DNA of 64,000 nt from Candidatus Hermodarchaeota archaeon (GTDB lineage Archaea; Asgardarchaeota; Thorarchaeia; Thorarchaeales; Thorarchaeaceae). The stretch covers positions 1-64,000 of the forward strand of contig JBHLLF010000006.1 in the NCBI GenBank assembly GCA_048885865.1, read 5' to 3'. Both the position numbers and the translations under genes were made by a program. Of this stretch, positions 49,610 through 58,745 are shown piece after piece (the first letter of the stretch is position 1; every line of letters starts with the position of its first letter). Below the pieces are notes generated by a model. It was not told where the DNA came from. It saw only the letters and a list, made by a program, of their open reading frames with translations, and searched no databases.

Positions 49610-50227
49610 TCAGGTCCCTTTGATGTGGTTCACAAGCTTCGCTATTCTGCGACCAAGTTCCTCACTCGCATCTATTGCAAGTGTGTCTGTGTCCGCGTTT
49701 CGCCACTTGCCCTCATCTGTCTGCATGCTGCCTGATCCAAATGTGCCATGTTTTACGGGACTTCCCACGGAACCCACAACGATCATGCCTTGTCCCAAGG
49801 CATATCTGTTTAGAACATCAATAACGTGCTCTTGGCCGCCATAACGAAGACCTGCATATGTGATCGCACCAAAAACCTTGTCCTTGAGCTGATGATCAAG
49901 CATCTTCATGGTTCTCGAACGATCTATGAAGTCCTTTAGGATTCCGGGGACAGATGTGAAGTAAGATGGAGCTGCGATAATGATCCCTTCGGCTTTAGCG
50001 AGCTTATCCTCAATCTTTGGCATGTCATCATGTTCACTCTCTGGGCAGGGTTTCTTCCTCACGCATGCATCACAACCAGTACAGTATCGGATTTCGTAGT
50101 CCACAATGTCAAGAATCTCGGTATTGCCATTAGAAAGGACCTCAGAAGCCGCCTCAAGAGCCTTAGCAAGCAAGAATCGGGAATTAGACCGTTCGCCTTT
50201 GGGAGAGCCATTGATACCCACAATCAA
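49610..50227 (-). CDS. Iron-sulfur flavoprotein / NADPH-dependent FMN reductase (flavodoxin family)
   Basis: GINGSPK, CTGCDACVRKKPC, APSYF, LKDFIDR and GGQE. Confidence 0.9.
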   Translation of the reverse strand: MIVGINGSPKGERSNSRFLLAKALEAASEVLSNGNTEILDIVDYEIRYCTGCDACVRKKPCPESEHDDMPKIEDKLAKAEGIIIAAPSYFTSVPGILKDFIDRSRTMKMLDHQLKDKVFGAITYAGLRYGGQEHVIDVLNRYALGQGMIVVGSVGSPVKHGTFGSGSMQTDEGKWRNADTDTLAIDASEELGRRIAKLVNHIKGT

Positions 50228-50278
50228 CTCTGGTCACCAGACCTGCTTGGGGAGTGAAGCATCATTTAGAACTTGTGC

Positions 50279-51031
50279 TCAATTCGACAAAGCCCTGTTT
50301 AGGTCATCAGCTATCTCACTGACAGCCTTGATAGCAGCTAACTTACTCTCATCCCGATGAGCGGCCACCGCAACTGTCAGAGACTGCACTTTCAGCAGTT
50401 GGACACTATAGCCCATGATCTCTACCCCTGTCGGAACCATGTCCGCCACTGGCCTAATCTCACCATTTGCCATCATCTCGGCTTCAATTCCAGAAAGATG
50501 GTTCTCAGGGATGTTTCCGCGAAGCAGCTCCCCTTGTGCATCTAGAAGCCCGACATATGCTATTTCATGGTCCTCAAGCACTGCATTCATCAGTTTCTCT
50601 GCCTTGTCGAGAATGGAATCTGGGGGATGCTCGAGGTCAATAGTGACATATCGGTCCACTAGCGTGTCCATGCCCTCAAACTCGCCAATGTTGCCACTCC
50701 AGGACGAGATAAGGCCGCCAAACTGATTGCTGATGGCTCGACCAAGTGACATCATCATCTTCTTCAGACCGACCTCATTCTCATCGAAGGTTGTGAAAAG
50801 AATCACTGCAAAGTTCTCAAAGAATACATAGGACCAGATTGCCCCAACCTGTTCCAGAGTATACACGCGGTCTCTTGAGGTGCCACTACTAGTGTGGAAG
50901 AGTGTCGCACATGCTCGTACGTGTGCTGGCAGACTGTTTTCACCAATGGGATCGCTATCATCGTATGAACGACCATAGATGGGTTCGCCTGATGGGCTCT
51001 TCATAATGTATACTCTGAGTATCATTTTCAT
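50279..51031 (-). CDS. Longin-like plus roadblock-like two-domain protein
   Basis: N-terminal ILRVYIMKSPSGEPIYGRSY (beta-beta start typical of longins); C-terminal IAYVGLLDAQGELLRGN...LTVAVAA roadblock/profilin-like pattern. Confidence 0.6.
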   Translation of the reverse strand: MKMILRVYIMKSPSGEPIYGRSYDDSDPIGENSLPAHVRACATLFHTSSGTSRDRVYTLEQVGAIWSYVFFENFAVILFTTFDENEVGLKKMMMSLGRAISNQFGGLISSWSGNIGEFEGMDTLVDRYVTIDLEHPPDSILDKAEKLMNAVLEDHEIAYVGLLDAQGELLRGNIPENHLSGIEAEMMANGEIRPVADMVPTGVEIMGYSVQLLKVQSLTVAVAAHRDESKLAAIKAVSEIADDLNRALSN

Positions 51032-51165
51032 ATCCCGACAGATGCAAAACAGGTGTCTGGCGGGGTCATAAGGATTGTCTGTAGATAGCTTGTTGCCCGC
51101 CAAGTTACGCGCTTTTGCATGCCTTTTTATGATTGCTCTTATCCAACTTCTTTAGGTGCGACTCG

Positions 51166-51474
51166 ATGGCGAAGAAGAAGAAGGCTGAACGTATCAAGAG
51201 AACGAGATACGACATCTACGCCGAGCTCATTCGTGTTATCTACATCTATGGATATTGCCCACTCACCCGCGCCGCGAGGTCCACCAATATGCCAGTCGAT
51301 CGGGCAAAAGAAACAATCACTGAGCTGATGGATAGGGGTCTTTTGGAGGAGGATGACGACGAAGGACAGAGGGTCTATTCAGTGACTGTCCGAGGTCATC
51401 AGTATCTTGAACTCTACAAAAGGATGGCTGCTCTTGTCGGCATCCCTGTACCAGACCCTATAATTGGGATGTGA
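51166..51474 (+). CDS. Archaeal winged-helix DNA-binding protein
   Basis: KRTRYDIYAELI...LTRAARSTNM...ELMDRGLL...YSVTVRGHQYL; AGGTG RBS before ATG 51166. Confidence 0.85.
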   Translation: MAKKKKAERIKRTRYDIYAELIRVIYIYGYCPLTRAARSTNMPVDRAKETITELMDRGLLEEDDDEGQRVYSVTVRGHQYLELYKRMAALVGIPVPDPIIGM

Positions 51475-51490
51475 TTGGCTTGAATTCCCG

Positions 51491-51579
51491 CTGTAAATTA
51501 ATACAGTTTACAGTCACAAATTGTGACCCTGAATTGTGGTTCCGCTTTATATACTAAATTTGAGCAAATTTACATGTAA
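51491..51579 (+). promoter_or_regulatory. TATA box flanked by four palindromes upstream of the beta-helix gene
   Basis: CTGTAAA-N9-TTTACAG (51491-51513), GTCACAA-A-TTGTGAC (51513-51527), TTTATATA (51546-51553), TAAATTTG-AG-CAAATTTA (51555-51572), TTACATGTAA (51570-51579). Confidence 0.6.
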
Positions 51580-51589
51580 CATAACGGAG

Positions 51590-52843
51590 ATGACAAGTGA
51601 AATGTCAGATATTCAGAGATACAAAAACGAAAACGTTGTCGAGCTTGACACCATCGAAGGGGATCTAGAGCTTGATAACTGCAGATCCGTACGGCCAGCG
51701 TCCGGTAACGAGATTGTTGTGACTGGCAAGGTCAGGGTCAAGGGCGAAACCTATTTCGAGGGATCCCTAAATGCACATTCTCTAGATGCAAAGGCGAGGG
51801 ATACAATCACCATTGACGGTGACCTGACAGTAGAAACCACTGCGGAAAACAGAAGAGGTGGACTGGAGGTCACAGGTTCAGCTACGGGTGAAAGCTTCAG
51901 AGCTGGTAGCTCACTTAGAATTGGCAGAGATCTAACTTGCACCTCCGCAAGTGGAGGAGGCTCTGTGAAAATATCAGGCAATGCCAAGGGACGAAAAGTT
52001 TCTGCTGGAGGCTCAGTTTCTATTGAGGGCGACGCAGAAGTAGAGAGGGTTTCAGCTGGGGGATCAGTCACAGTTGATGGTCGATCAGACATAGAAGAGT
52101 TTTCGGCTGGCGGCTCAGGCAAAGCCCATGATGGAAAAATCGTCAAGATCAATATTGGGGGGAGCTTCAAGTCAACTGGAGCTATTGAAATCGAGGAAAT
52201 AGACGTAGGGGGCTCGATTAAGGTTGGACCGGATTCCAAAGTCCATTCCATAGATGTTGGTGGCACATTTTCTTCTGAAGGTGATCTTACCTTCGAGGAC
52301 ATCGATGTAGGGGGCTCTATTCGCATTGGTGGTACTGGAATAGGTCGAACAGTCGACGTTGGTGGAAAAATAACAACTGAAGGCCCACTGACATTGTCAG
52401 GGAATATGGAAGTTGGAGGAAAGGCGGACATCGGTGGCGACTTCAAATGCGAAGCCAAAATCAAGATAGGCGGCAAAATCATGGTAGATGGCCGTATCGA
52501 TACGTACAGGATTATTGTAGGTGGATTGATTGACGCCAAATACGTCAAGGCTGACGGCTTTAGAATCGGTCGGCGTTCAGAAGTCACGTGTCCTGTTGAG
52601 TCACGTGAAATCCTTGTGAGAGAACGCGCAAGAACAAGGTCACTCTACGGGGACGAAATCCGTATCGAAGAGAGATCTCGTGTCGGCAGTGTTTACGGAC
52701 GTGAGGTCTACATAGAGCGAGATACAGTTGTCGAAGGAGAAACACTGTATACTGAGAAACTCGATGCTGAAAGCGGTGTCGAGTTCAGAGAAGAACCTAG
52801 AAAAGTTGATTCACTCCCAGCCCCGCAATCTGTCTTATTCTAG
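51590..52843 (+). CDS. Beta-helix repeat protein (polymer-forming cytoskeletal/bactofilin-like)
   Basis: Many repeats of about 16-17 aa, [V/A/I]GG[S/K][V/I]x[V/I]xG; no signal peptide or TM. Confidence 0.75.
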   Translation: MTSEMSDIQRYKNENVVELDTIEGDLELDNCRSVRPASGNEIVVTGKVRVKGETYFEGSLNAHSLDAKARDTITIDGDLTVETTAENRRGGLEVTGSATGESFRAGSSLRIGRDLTCTSASGGGSVKISGNAKGRKVSAGGSVSIEGDAEVERVSAGGSVTVDGRSDIEEFSAGGSGKAHDGKIVKINIGGSFKSTGAIEIEEIDVGGSIKVGPDSKVHSIDVGGTFSSEGDLTFEDIDVGGSIRIGGTGIGRTVDVGGKITTEGPLTLSGNMEVGGKADIGGDFKCEAKIKIGGKIMVDGRIDTYRIIVGGLIDAKYVKADGFRIGRRSEVTCPVESREILVRERARTRSLYGDEIRIEERSRVGSVYGREVYIERDTVVEGETLYTEKLDAESGVEFREEPRKVDSLPAPQSVLF

Positions 52844-52966
52844 AATAGATGTCCATACAATGTCATCTCCGTTTTGGCAAATAGATCATAGAACTCCCCG
52901 ACCCCTTCATAACCGCATTGATGGTTTTTGAATGAGTCCGGAGTTCGTCCCATCCCTAGTTCTCCA

Positions 52967-54712
52967 CTAGGCGGGGATACTAGTCGAGTCCACCTTGACT
53001 TTGTGTTCCATGTGCTCGCGGTATCTATTTGGAACAGGATAATTGTTGAACGAATGAGCGTACCATTTATTGATCAGCTTCTCAAGTTCCTTGGTTGTCC
53101 TTGCCCATAGTGCATCATCAAGCTCTGGATGGACAGTCCATATCCTTCCATGGGGTGTCTTGCCAACCTTACCTTTCTTTGCAACCTGTTCTCCTGCGAG
53201 AAAGGTGAGATACGATTCACCGAACACCTTGATTATCTTCTCTGGATCATCTGCTAGATTGCCCTTTGTTGGGTCGAAGTCATAGACGGTGATATCAGCA
53301 TCTGCGCCAACACCGACATGGCCCTTTGTATCCAAGCCCATGATTTTCGCAGGCGCAGCGCGAGTCGAGATTGCGATCTCGTACAAGCTCCATTCACGGT
53401 CAATCTCAGCTAGTGTTGATCGTTCAGCTGCAAACTTGTGCACCTTCTCTAGCCAAATGTCACGTTGCTTCTTGCTCATAAGCCAGGATAAAACAAGGGG
53501 ATATTTTGTGAATGGACCTGCATTTGGATGGTCCGTGGTCATGATGACTCGCCACACGTCGTCTGCACTCAGGGCGAACTCGAGGGGAATTGCCCATTGC
53601 ACCGCATTAGCAGGAGACTTTGGATCAAAGAAGTAGGGTACTACTCCAGCACCTCCAGGCATCTCCACATCTACACAGATATTGGCCCACTTGTTCTTAG
53701 TCATCTGATACAGACTGAACTGGAACGGCCCATCTCCAGTCATGGTTGTTGCAGGTCCAAAGGTGATCTGGCCCAAGTCCACAGTGAAGTGGTCGTTCTT
53801 ATTCATGTACTCAGCGAGCTTGAGTCCTCCTGATGCAACCCATTTCCACTCTGGCTTTGCTTTCTCATCCTCAGTCATCGCCAGGCTCTCAAAAGACATG
53901 TGTGTCAGATGGCATATGTGCTTCCGCCCTTTGTGGCCCTTTATGTCTTTGATGGCTTCCAAGTGTTCAATTGTTGTGTCAATGTTGCCTACACGGCCAA
54001 GGTTCAGTGGATGTAGATGCATCATATGAGGCAGTCCCAAGGATTCCGTTGCCTGACAGAGTCCACGGATGATTTCTCGTGGAGTAATGCCCCAATCCGG
54101 CACCTCGGTGTCAAGTTCTCTAACATTGCTTCCATGCGCCCATGCATAGGTCCCTCCTGGGCACACAACCTTGACTCCAAGGCCACCCACATTTCTTAGA
54201 ATCCACGCAATATAACCAGCTAGACCGCTGAGGTCTTTCTCTTTGACGTAATGAAAGGTGATCATGCTATTGCAGAACAAAGGTAGGAGACCCGAGTCGA
54301 GGTTTGGCAGGTCTTCGAGCTCCTCCCAGCTGCCTAGACCCTTGAGCGCAGGCAGAGCTGGCTCGATTGCGGTCGTGTAGCCCATTGCTGAGTACCTGTA
54401 ACCAATAACATATGAGTTTGGCATGGTGTATCCCACACCGCCACGAGTGACCTTGGTCTTTGGCACTGGGTCACCCCTGTGGTCCTCGGGACACATTGCT
54501 CGACCGAAGCCAAGTTTGCTTCCAACTATGTGAGCGTGCATGTCCACTCCACCAGCCATGACCATTCGGCCTTTCAGATCGATTTCTTTTGCTTTGCCAT
54601 TGACCTTGTCAACAATCTTGCCATCTGAAACGGAAATGTCCATGATCTCTCCGTCAATCTTGTTCTTTGGGTCGAATACTCGACCATTCTTGAGAATAAT
54701 ATCATGCGCCAT
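52967..54712 (-). CDS. fwdA: Formylmethanofuran dehydrogenase subunit A
   Basis: GGVDMHAH, MCPEDH, YSAMGYTT, GVKVVCPGG, TMTGDGP and TTDHPNAGPF. Confidence 0.93.
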   Translation of the reverse strand: MAHDIILKNGRVFDPKNKIDGEIMDISVSDGKIVDKVNGKAKEIDLKGRMVMAGGVDMHAHIVGSKLGFGRAMCPEDHRGDPVPKTKVTRGGVGYTMPNSYVIGYRYSAMGYTTAIEPALPALKGLGSWEELEDLPNLDSGLLPLFCNSMITFHYVKEKDLSGLAGYIAWILRNVGGLGVKVVCPGGTYAWAHGSNVRELDTEVPDWGITPREIIRGLCQATESLGLPHMMHLHPLNLGRVGNIDTTIEHLEAIKDIKGHKGRKHICHLTHMSFESLAMTEDEKAKPEWKWVASGGLKLAEYMNKNDHFTVDLGQITFGPATTMTGDGPFQFSLYQMTKNKWANICVDVEMPGGAGVVPYFFDPKSPANAVQWAIPLEFALSADDVWRVIMTTDHPNAGPFTKYPLVLSWLMSKKQRDIWLEKVHKFAAERSTLAEIDREWSLYEIAISTRAAPAKIMGLDTKGHVGVGADADITVYDFDPTKGNLADDPEKIIKVFGESYLTFLAGEQVAKKGKVGKTPHGRIWTVHPELDDALWARTTKELEKLINKWYAHSFNNYPVPNRYREHMEHKVKVDSTSIPA

Positions 54713-55998
54713 TAGCTCACCACCTTCTTCAACTTATCATGAATCATTTTCAGCACATCCCTGTCTGGAAGAACACCCTCCGGTGGTTCTACCACCTTTT
54801 TGAGATATAATGGGAGGCCGTCCATTCGAACTGCAGCGCCATCACACTCTATGCCTGAAAGTGCAACGGGAATATTCACTTCCGCCATGAGGGATGTCAT
54901 GTTCCGCTTAGGATCAATGTTGATGATGGGTATTGTTGACATGTGCCTGATTGCTGCTTTCGGAAAGTGCGCTGCAGGATCAGCGGCGATGTTTAGCATT
55001 GCATCTGCTTCCTTGTTTACTAGCATATCAACTGCTGTGTATTCTCCAGGCTGATATCGGGGGTAGCCCCTAGCGTAGTCGACCGCGAATGGATAGCCGG
55101 TCTGCCATGTAGATGTCTTGTTTGCTCCAGCTACATTGAAGTGGCCTCTCATGGGCATCATATTCCATTTTGCGTACGTATTGAGGTCTTGCACCAACCG
55201 TATCGCGGCATCTATGTTCCTATGCCTGCCTTTCGATTGGGTGAGTCCAAGTCCAAAGAACAGGATTCCATATTTAGCACCCTTGAGCGCTTCTGCAATC
55301 TCAGTTATCCGCTCCATTGAAACTCCTGCTACCTCATCAACATCAAGCAGATGACCTCGCACTACTGCACGGAGAGCTCCGATGAACTCGAGGTCTCCAC
55401 CTGGCGCCAGCTTGACAAACTCATCAGCTACATTGGCAGAAATTGTTTTTCGAATATCAAAGACCCAGATTTTCCTGTCAGCCTTTGGATCATTGATATA
55501 TTCGCCTTCGGCTTGAACATATCTTCTCAAGTGACGAGGGTGAGCGAATTGCGGATTAGAACCCCAGTAAAGGATTGTATCAGCACGATTTTTGACTTCA
55601 GCAAGAGACCCTGCTGCCTCCCCAGATTCCTGTGCACCGAGAATTGTGGGTCCGTGACATACAGATGAGGTATTGTCAACAACTCCGCCTATTGTTTCAG
55701 CAATCTTGTAGGCCTCTCTATGAGCATCATTTTCTGTAGAACTGAGTCCATAGATGAGAGGCCTTTTTGCAGAAGCTAGTATCTCAACCGCCTTATCGAT
55801 GGCCGCATCAAGTTTAACAGCGGAATTCTTGACCAATGGCGATTCAATCCGGTCATCATGATGGTTCAGATATTTTGCTTTGCTGATTGCGCAGCCATTG
55901 TCATTCTTGACGACCTTACCATTCTCAACCTCTATCCTAATGTCATCACACAGACAACCACAGAACGGACAGACTTGGTCCTCGAAAACTTCAGTCAT
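54712..55998 (-). CDS. fwdB: Formylmethanofuran dehydrogenase subunit B (Cys-ligated Mo/W-bisPGD)
   Basis: CPFCGCLCDD, SSVCHGP, EVKNRAD, AHPRH, PMRGHFNVAG and WQTGYPFAVD. Confidence 0.95.
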   Translation of the reverse strand: MTEVFEDQVCPFCGCLCDDIRIEVENGKVVKNDNGCAISKAKYLNHHDDRIESPLVKNSAVKLDAAIDKAVEILASAKRPLIYGLSSTENDAHREAYKIAETIGGVVDNTSSVCHGPTILGAQESGEAAGSLAEVKNRADTILYWGSNPQFAHPRHLRRYVQAEGEYINDPKADRKIWVFDIRKTISANVADEFVKLAPGGDLEFIGALRAVVRGHLLDVDEVAGVSMERITEIAEALKGAKYGILFFGLGLTQSKGRHRNIDAAIRLVQDLNTYAKWNMMPMRGHFNVAGANKTSTWQTGYPFAVDYARGYPRYQPGEYTAVDMLVNKEADAMLNIAADPAAHFPKAAIRHMSTIPIINIDPKRNMTSLMAEVNIPVALSGIECDGAAVRMDGLPLYLKKVVEPPEGVLPDRDVLKMIHDKLKKVVS

Positions 55999-56001
55999 TT
56001 C

Positions 56002-56400
56002 TTATCCCTCCATAATGGCTTTCAGCAGGTCTTCTGCACTCGGTATCTTCGCTCCTTTGGCAGCAATGAGCTTGGCTTCAATGTCCTTGTATCTAGGCAT
56101 GCCACTCTCAATGGTATCCGAGTCCAGAACTGCATTCGCCCACGGGCCGCACGGCATAAATGCGATACCAGGCTCTGCCCTTCTGTCGACTCTACAGGCT
56201 ACAACAACACTTCCAGTCGCAGTCTTCACCTTGACCGGTTCACCCTCCTCGAGTCCTAATGCTTCGAGGGTGGACTTATCGACCTCGCAAATAGCGACAG
56301 CTTCAAAGTACTCCTGATTGAGTTTTCCCAATTCCATAGTCTGACCCTGCTTGAGTGTCCGACCTGAAGTTAGGACAACTTCGACACCTACATCATTCAT
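56002..56400 (-). CDS. fwdD: Formylmethanofuran dehydrogenase subunit D
   Basis: SGRTLKQG, AFMPCGPWAN and GMPRYK; immediately upstream of fwdB. Confidence 0.92.
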   Translation of the reverse strand: MNDVGVEVVLTSGRTLKQGQTMELGKLNQEYFEAVAICEVDKSTLEALGLEEGEPVKVKTATGSVVVACRVDRRAEPGIAFMPCGPWANAVLDSDTIESGMPRYKDIEAKLIAAKGAKIPSAEDLLKAIMEG

Positions 56401-56470
56401 GGCTGACAACACCAATCTGGAATGACGAGTTTCTTTTCAAAACCAAGATATGAGTGTCATGGTCATCTGT

Positions 56471-56718
56471 CTAGCACGAAGAAAAAGCACTTCATAATCG
56501 ATTCCTGTTTAGCAATCATTATTTTTGGCCTGTGACCGCCGCAACCCCCGGTTAAGCAGCGGTCACGAAGTGAGTAGAAACGCAGACCGGAACCATATCG
56601 TGAATTTCCAAACGCAATAGGAGATATCCACGTCCCTAACCGACACATCAGAGAGAGTATGATGATATGATGATTGCTGTGTATCCACCTGCACATTATG
56701 AAAAGCAGACACTGCTAG
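56471..56718. other. Nested inverted-repeat element with internal GC hairpin between divergent fwdD and E1-alpha
   Basis: CTAGCA/TGCTAG, TTCATAAT/ATTATGAA and AGCAATCATTAT/ATGATGATTGCT nested pairs, plus a hairpin at 56532-56566. Confidence 0.45.
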
Positions 56719-56779
56719 TTCGAAGCCTTTATCAACTATAGTTCGCGGATTCGGCCGTAATCCCTCACGCGGCAAATGG

Positions 56780-57760
56780 ATGGGACGGAAAATGACAGTC
56801 AAAAAGGAGACGCTTGTTGATCTCTATACGCGTACACTCAAAGTACGCCTCTTCGAAGAAAAAGTCTGGGATCTTTTCGGACAGAACCTAGTTCCAGGCA
56901 CGCTTCATTTGTATCTAGGACAGGAAGCTGTAGCTGCTGGTGTCACTGCTGCCCTTAAGGAAACAGATTGGATTCAAAGCACACATCGTGGTCATGGACA
57001 TGTTGTGGCGAAGGGGGCGGACATGAACGCTGCACTGGCCGAACTCCTGGGAAAGAAGACAGGCTCTTGCAAGGGCAAGGGAGGCTCAATGCACATCACT
57101 CAGTTCAATGTAGGAGTGTTAGGAGCAACTGGCGTCGTCGCATCAGGACTTCCGATAGCAGTGGGAGCAGCGTTATCAGCTCAGATGAGGAAGACCGATG
57201 AGGTTGTTGCATGTTTCTTCGGAGATGGAGCATCGAACAACGGAACCTTCGGGGAATCCCTCAATATGGCTGCAATCTGGCAGCTGCCACTAGTGTGGAT
57301 CGTTGAGAACAACCTCTATGCCATGGGCACACCAATAAAACTGACCTGTCCAAGCCAAAATATTGCTGACCGAGGTGATGCCTACTGCACACCATCAGTT
57401 GTTGTGGATGGCAACAATGCGTTAGAAGTGTATGAGGCTGCCGTTCAAGCAGTGAAGAGAGCTCGAGAGGGAGGAGGGCCCAGTCTGATTGAATGCAAGA
57501 CATACAGAATGAGGGGCCATTCACGATTCGATCAAGCGAAGTATCGTCCTCAAGAAGAGGTAGACCATTGGATGGACCGAGATGCTGTAGAGATAATTAG
57601 GAAAATTGCACTTGAAAAGAAAGCACTCACAGAAAAGCAGGCGGATAGCATACGAAAGAAGCTGCAAAAGGCGGTCGACAAGGCTGCAGATTTTGCAATC
57701 AGATCAGAGCATCCCGCGCCGGAAGAAGCTCTCGATGATGTCTTTTTGGAGGCGATTTAG
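56780..57760 (+). CDS. acoA: TPP-dependent dehydrogenase E1 alpha (acetoin/pyruvate dehydrogenase type)
   Basis: HLYLGQEA, STHRGHGH, GKGGSMH, GDGASN...ENN TPP motif and TYRMRGHS. The acoA versus pdhA assignment is tentative. Confidence 0.85.
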   Translation: MGRKMTVKKETLVDLYTRTLKVRLFEEKVWDLFGQNLVPGTLHLYLGQEAVAAGVTAALKETDWIQSTHRGHGHVVAKGADMNAALAELLGKKTGSCKGKGGSMHITQFNVGVLGATGVVASGLPIAVGAALSAQMRKTDEVVACFFGDGASNNGTFGESLNMAAIWQLPLVWIVENNLYAMGTPIKLTCPSQNIADRGDAYCTPSVVVDGNNALEVYEAAVQAVKRAREGGGPSLIECKTYRMRGHSRFDQAKYRPQEEVDHWMDRDAVEIIRKIALEKKALTEKQADSIRKKLQKAVDKAADFAIRSEHPAPEEALDDVFLEAI

Positions 57761-58735
57761 ATGGCGGAGATGACCTACAGAGATGCACTCAAGCAGGGTA
57801 TTCGAGAAGAGATGCTCCGAGATGACAGCGTCTTCATAATGGGAGAAGATGTTGGCCGCAACTGGGGAGGAGCTTTCAAAGTCACAAAGGGATTGGCTGA
57901 AGAGTTTGGAGATGACCGTGTAAGAGATACACCAATCTCTGAAAATGCTATTGCTGGTGCAGCTGTTGGTGCTGCTATTACAGGGATGCGTCCTGTGGCT
58001 GAGATCATGTTTGGTGACCTCATCTCCCTAGCGATGGATCAGGTATGCAATCAGGCTGCCAAGATGAGATACATGTTTGGAGGACAGACCTCCGTTCCTC
58101 TGGTTTTGCGCTCTGTATTTGGAGGCGGGAAGAATATAGCATCCCATCACTCTCAGAGCCTTGAGGCGTGGTTCATGCACACCCCAGGTCTGAAGATTGC
58201 AGTACCAGCTTTCGCTTACGATGCAAAAGGACTCATCAAGACAGCAATAAGAGACCCCGATCCTGTCATGTTCTTTGAGCACAAACTTGTCTATGATAGG
58301 AAAGAAGAGGTGCCTGAGGAGGAATATCTGGTTCCATTTGGCGAAGCAAAGATTCGTCGAGAAGGCACAGACGTAACTGTCTGGGGGACATTCTTCATGC
58401 TGCATAGAGCTCTAGAAGTCGCTGAGGAACTTGCGAAAGACGGCATTAGTGTGGAAGTAATCGACCCAAGAACTCTTGTACCCCTCGACAAGAAGACACT
58501 AATTGATTCGGTGAAGAAGACAGGTAGGCTAGTACTAGTCACAGAGGAAACCAAGACTGGAGCCACCACAGCTGAGATTTCTGCCATGGTGCAAGAAGAA
58601 GCATTCGATTGGCTGGATGCACCTATTAAAAGGGTGAATGCACCGGACACTCCTGTGCCATTCAGTCCTACATTGGAGCAGTATTTCATTCCTGATAACA
58701 AGCGTATTGCAGAAGCAATTCGCGCAGTAGTATGA
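57761..58735 (+). CDS. acoB: TPP-dependent dehydrogenase E1 beta
   Basis: MGEDV, DTPISE, RPVAEIMFGD, HSQSLEAW, DAKGL, FFEHK and EVIDPRTL. Confidence 0.88.
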   Translation: MAEMTYRDALKQGIREEMLRDDSVFIMGEDVGRNWGGAFKVTKGLAEEFGDDRVRDTPISENAIAGAAVGAAITGMRPVAEIMFGDLISLAMDQVCNQAAKMRYMFGGQTSVPLVLRSVFGGGKNIASHHSQSLEAWFMHTPGLKIAVPAFAYDAKGLIKTAIRDPDPVMFFEHKLVYDRKEEVPEEEYLVPFGEAKIRREGTDVTVWGTFFMLHRALEVAEELAKDGISVEVIDPRTLVPLDKKTLIDSVKKTGRLVLVTEETKTGATTAEISAMVQEEAFDWLDAPIKRVNAPDTPVPFSPTLEQYFIPDNKRIAEAIRAVV

Positions 58736-58745
58736 GGTGCGACCG

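Noticed and set aside
51751-52587. 278-aa antisense ORF
   Set aside because: Pro/Ser/Thr-rich shadow of the Gly-repeat gene on the opposite strand.
51590-52843. Beta-helix gene next to fwdA as the missing FwdC
   Set aside because: It shares only generic GGxIxVxG rungs, lacks the GxxMxGG pattern of FwdC, is much longer, and is convergent with its own promoter.
54712-55998. Selenocysteine recoding in fwdB or other redox genes
   Set aside because: The catalytic position is a Cys codon; I saw no in-frame TGA interrupting a conserved domain and no convincing SECIS.
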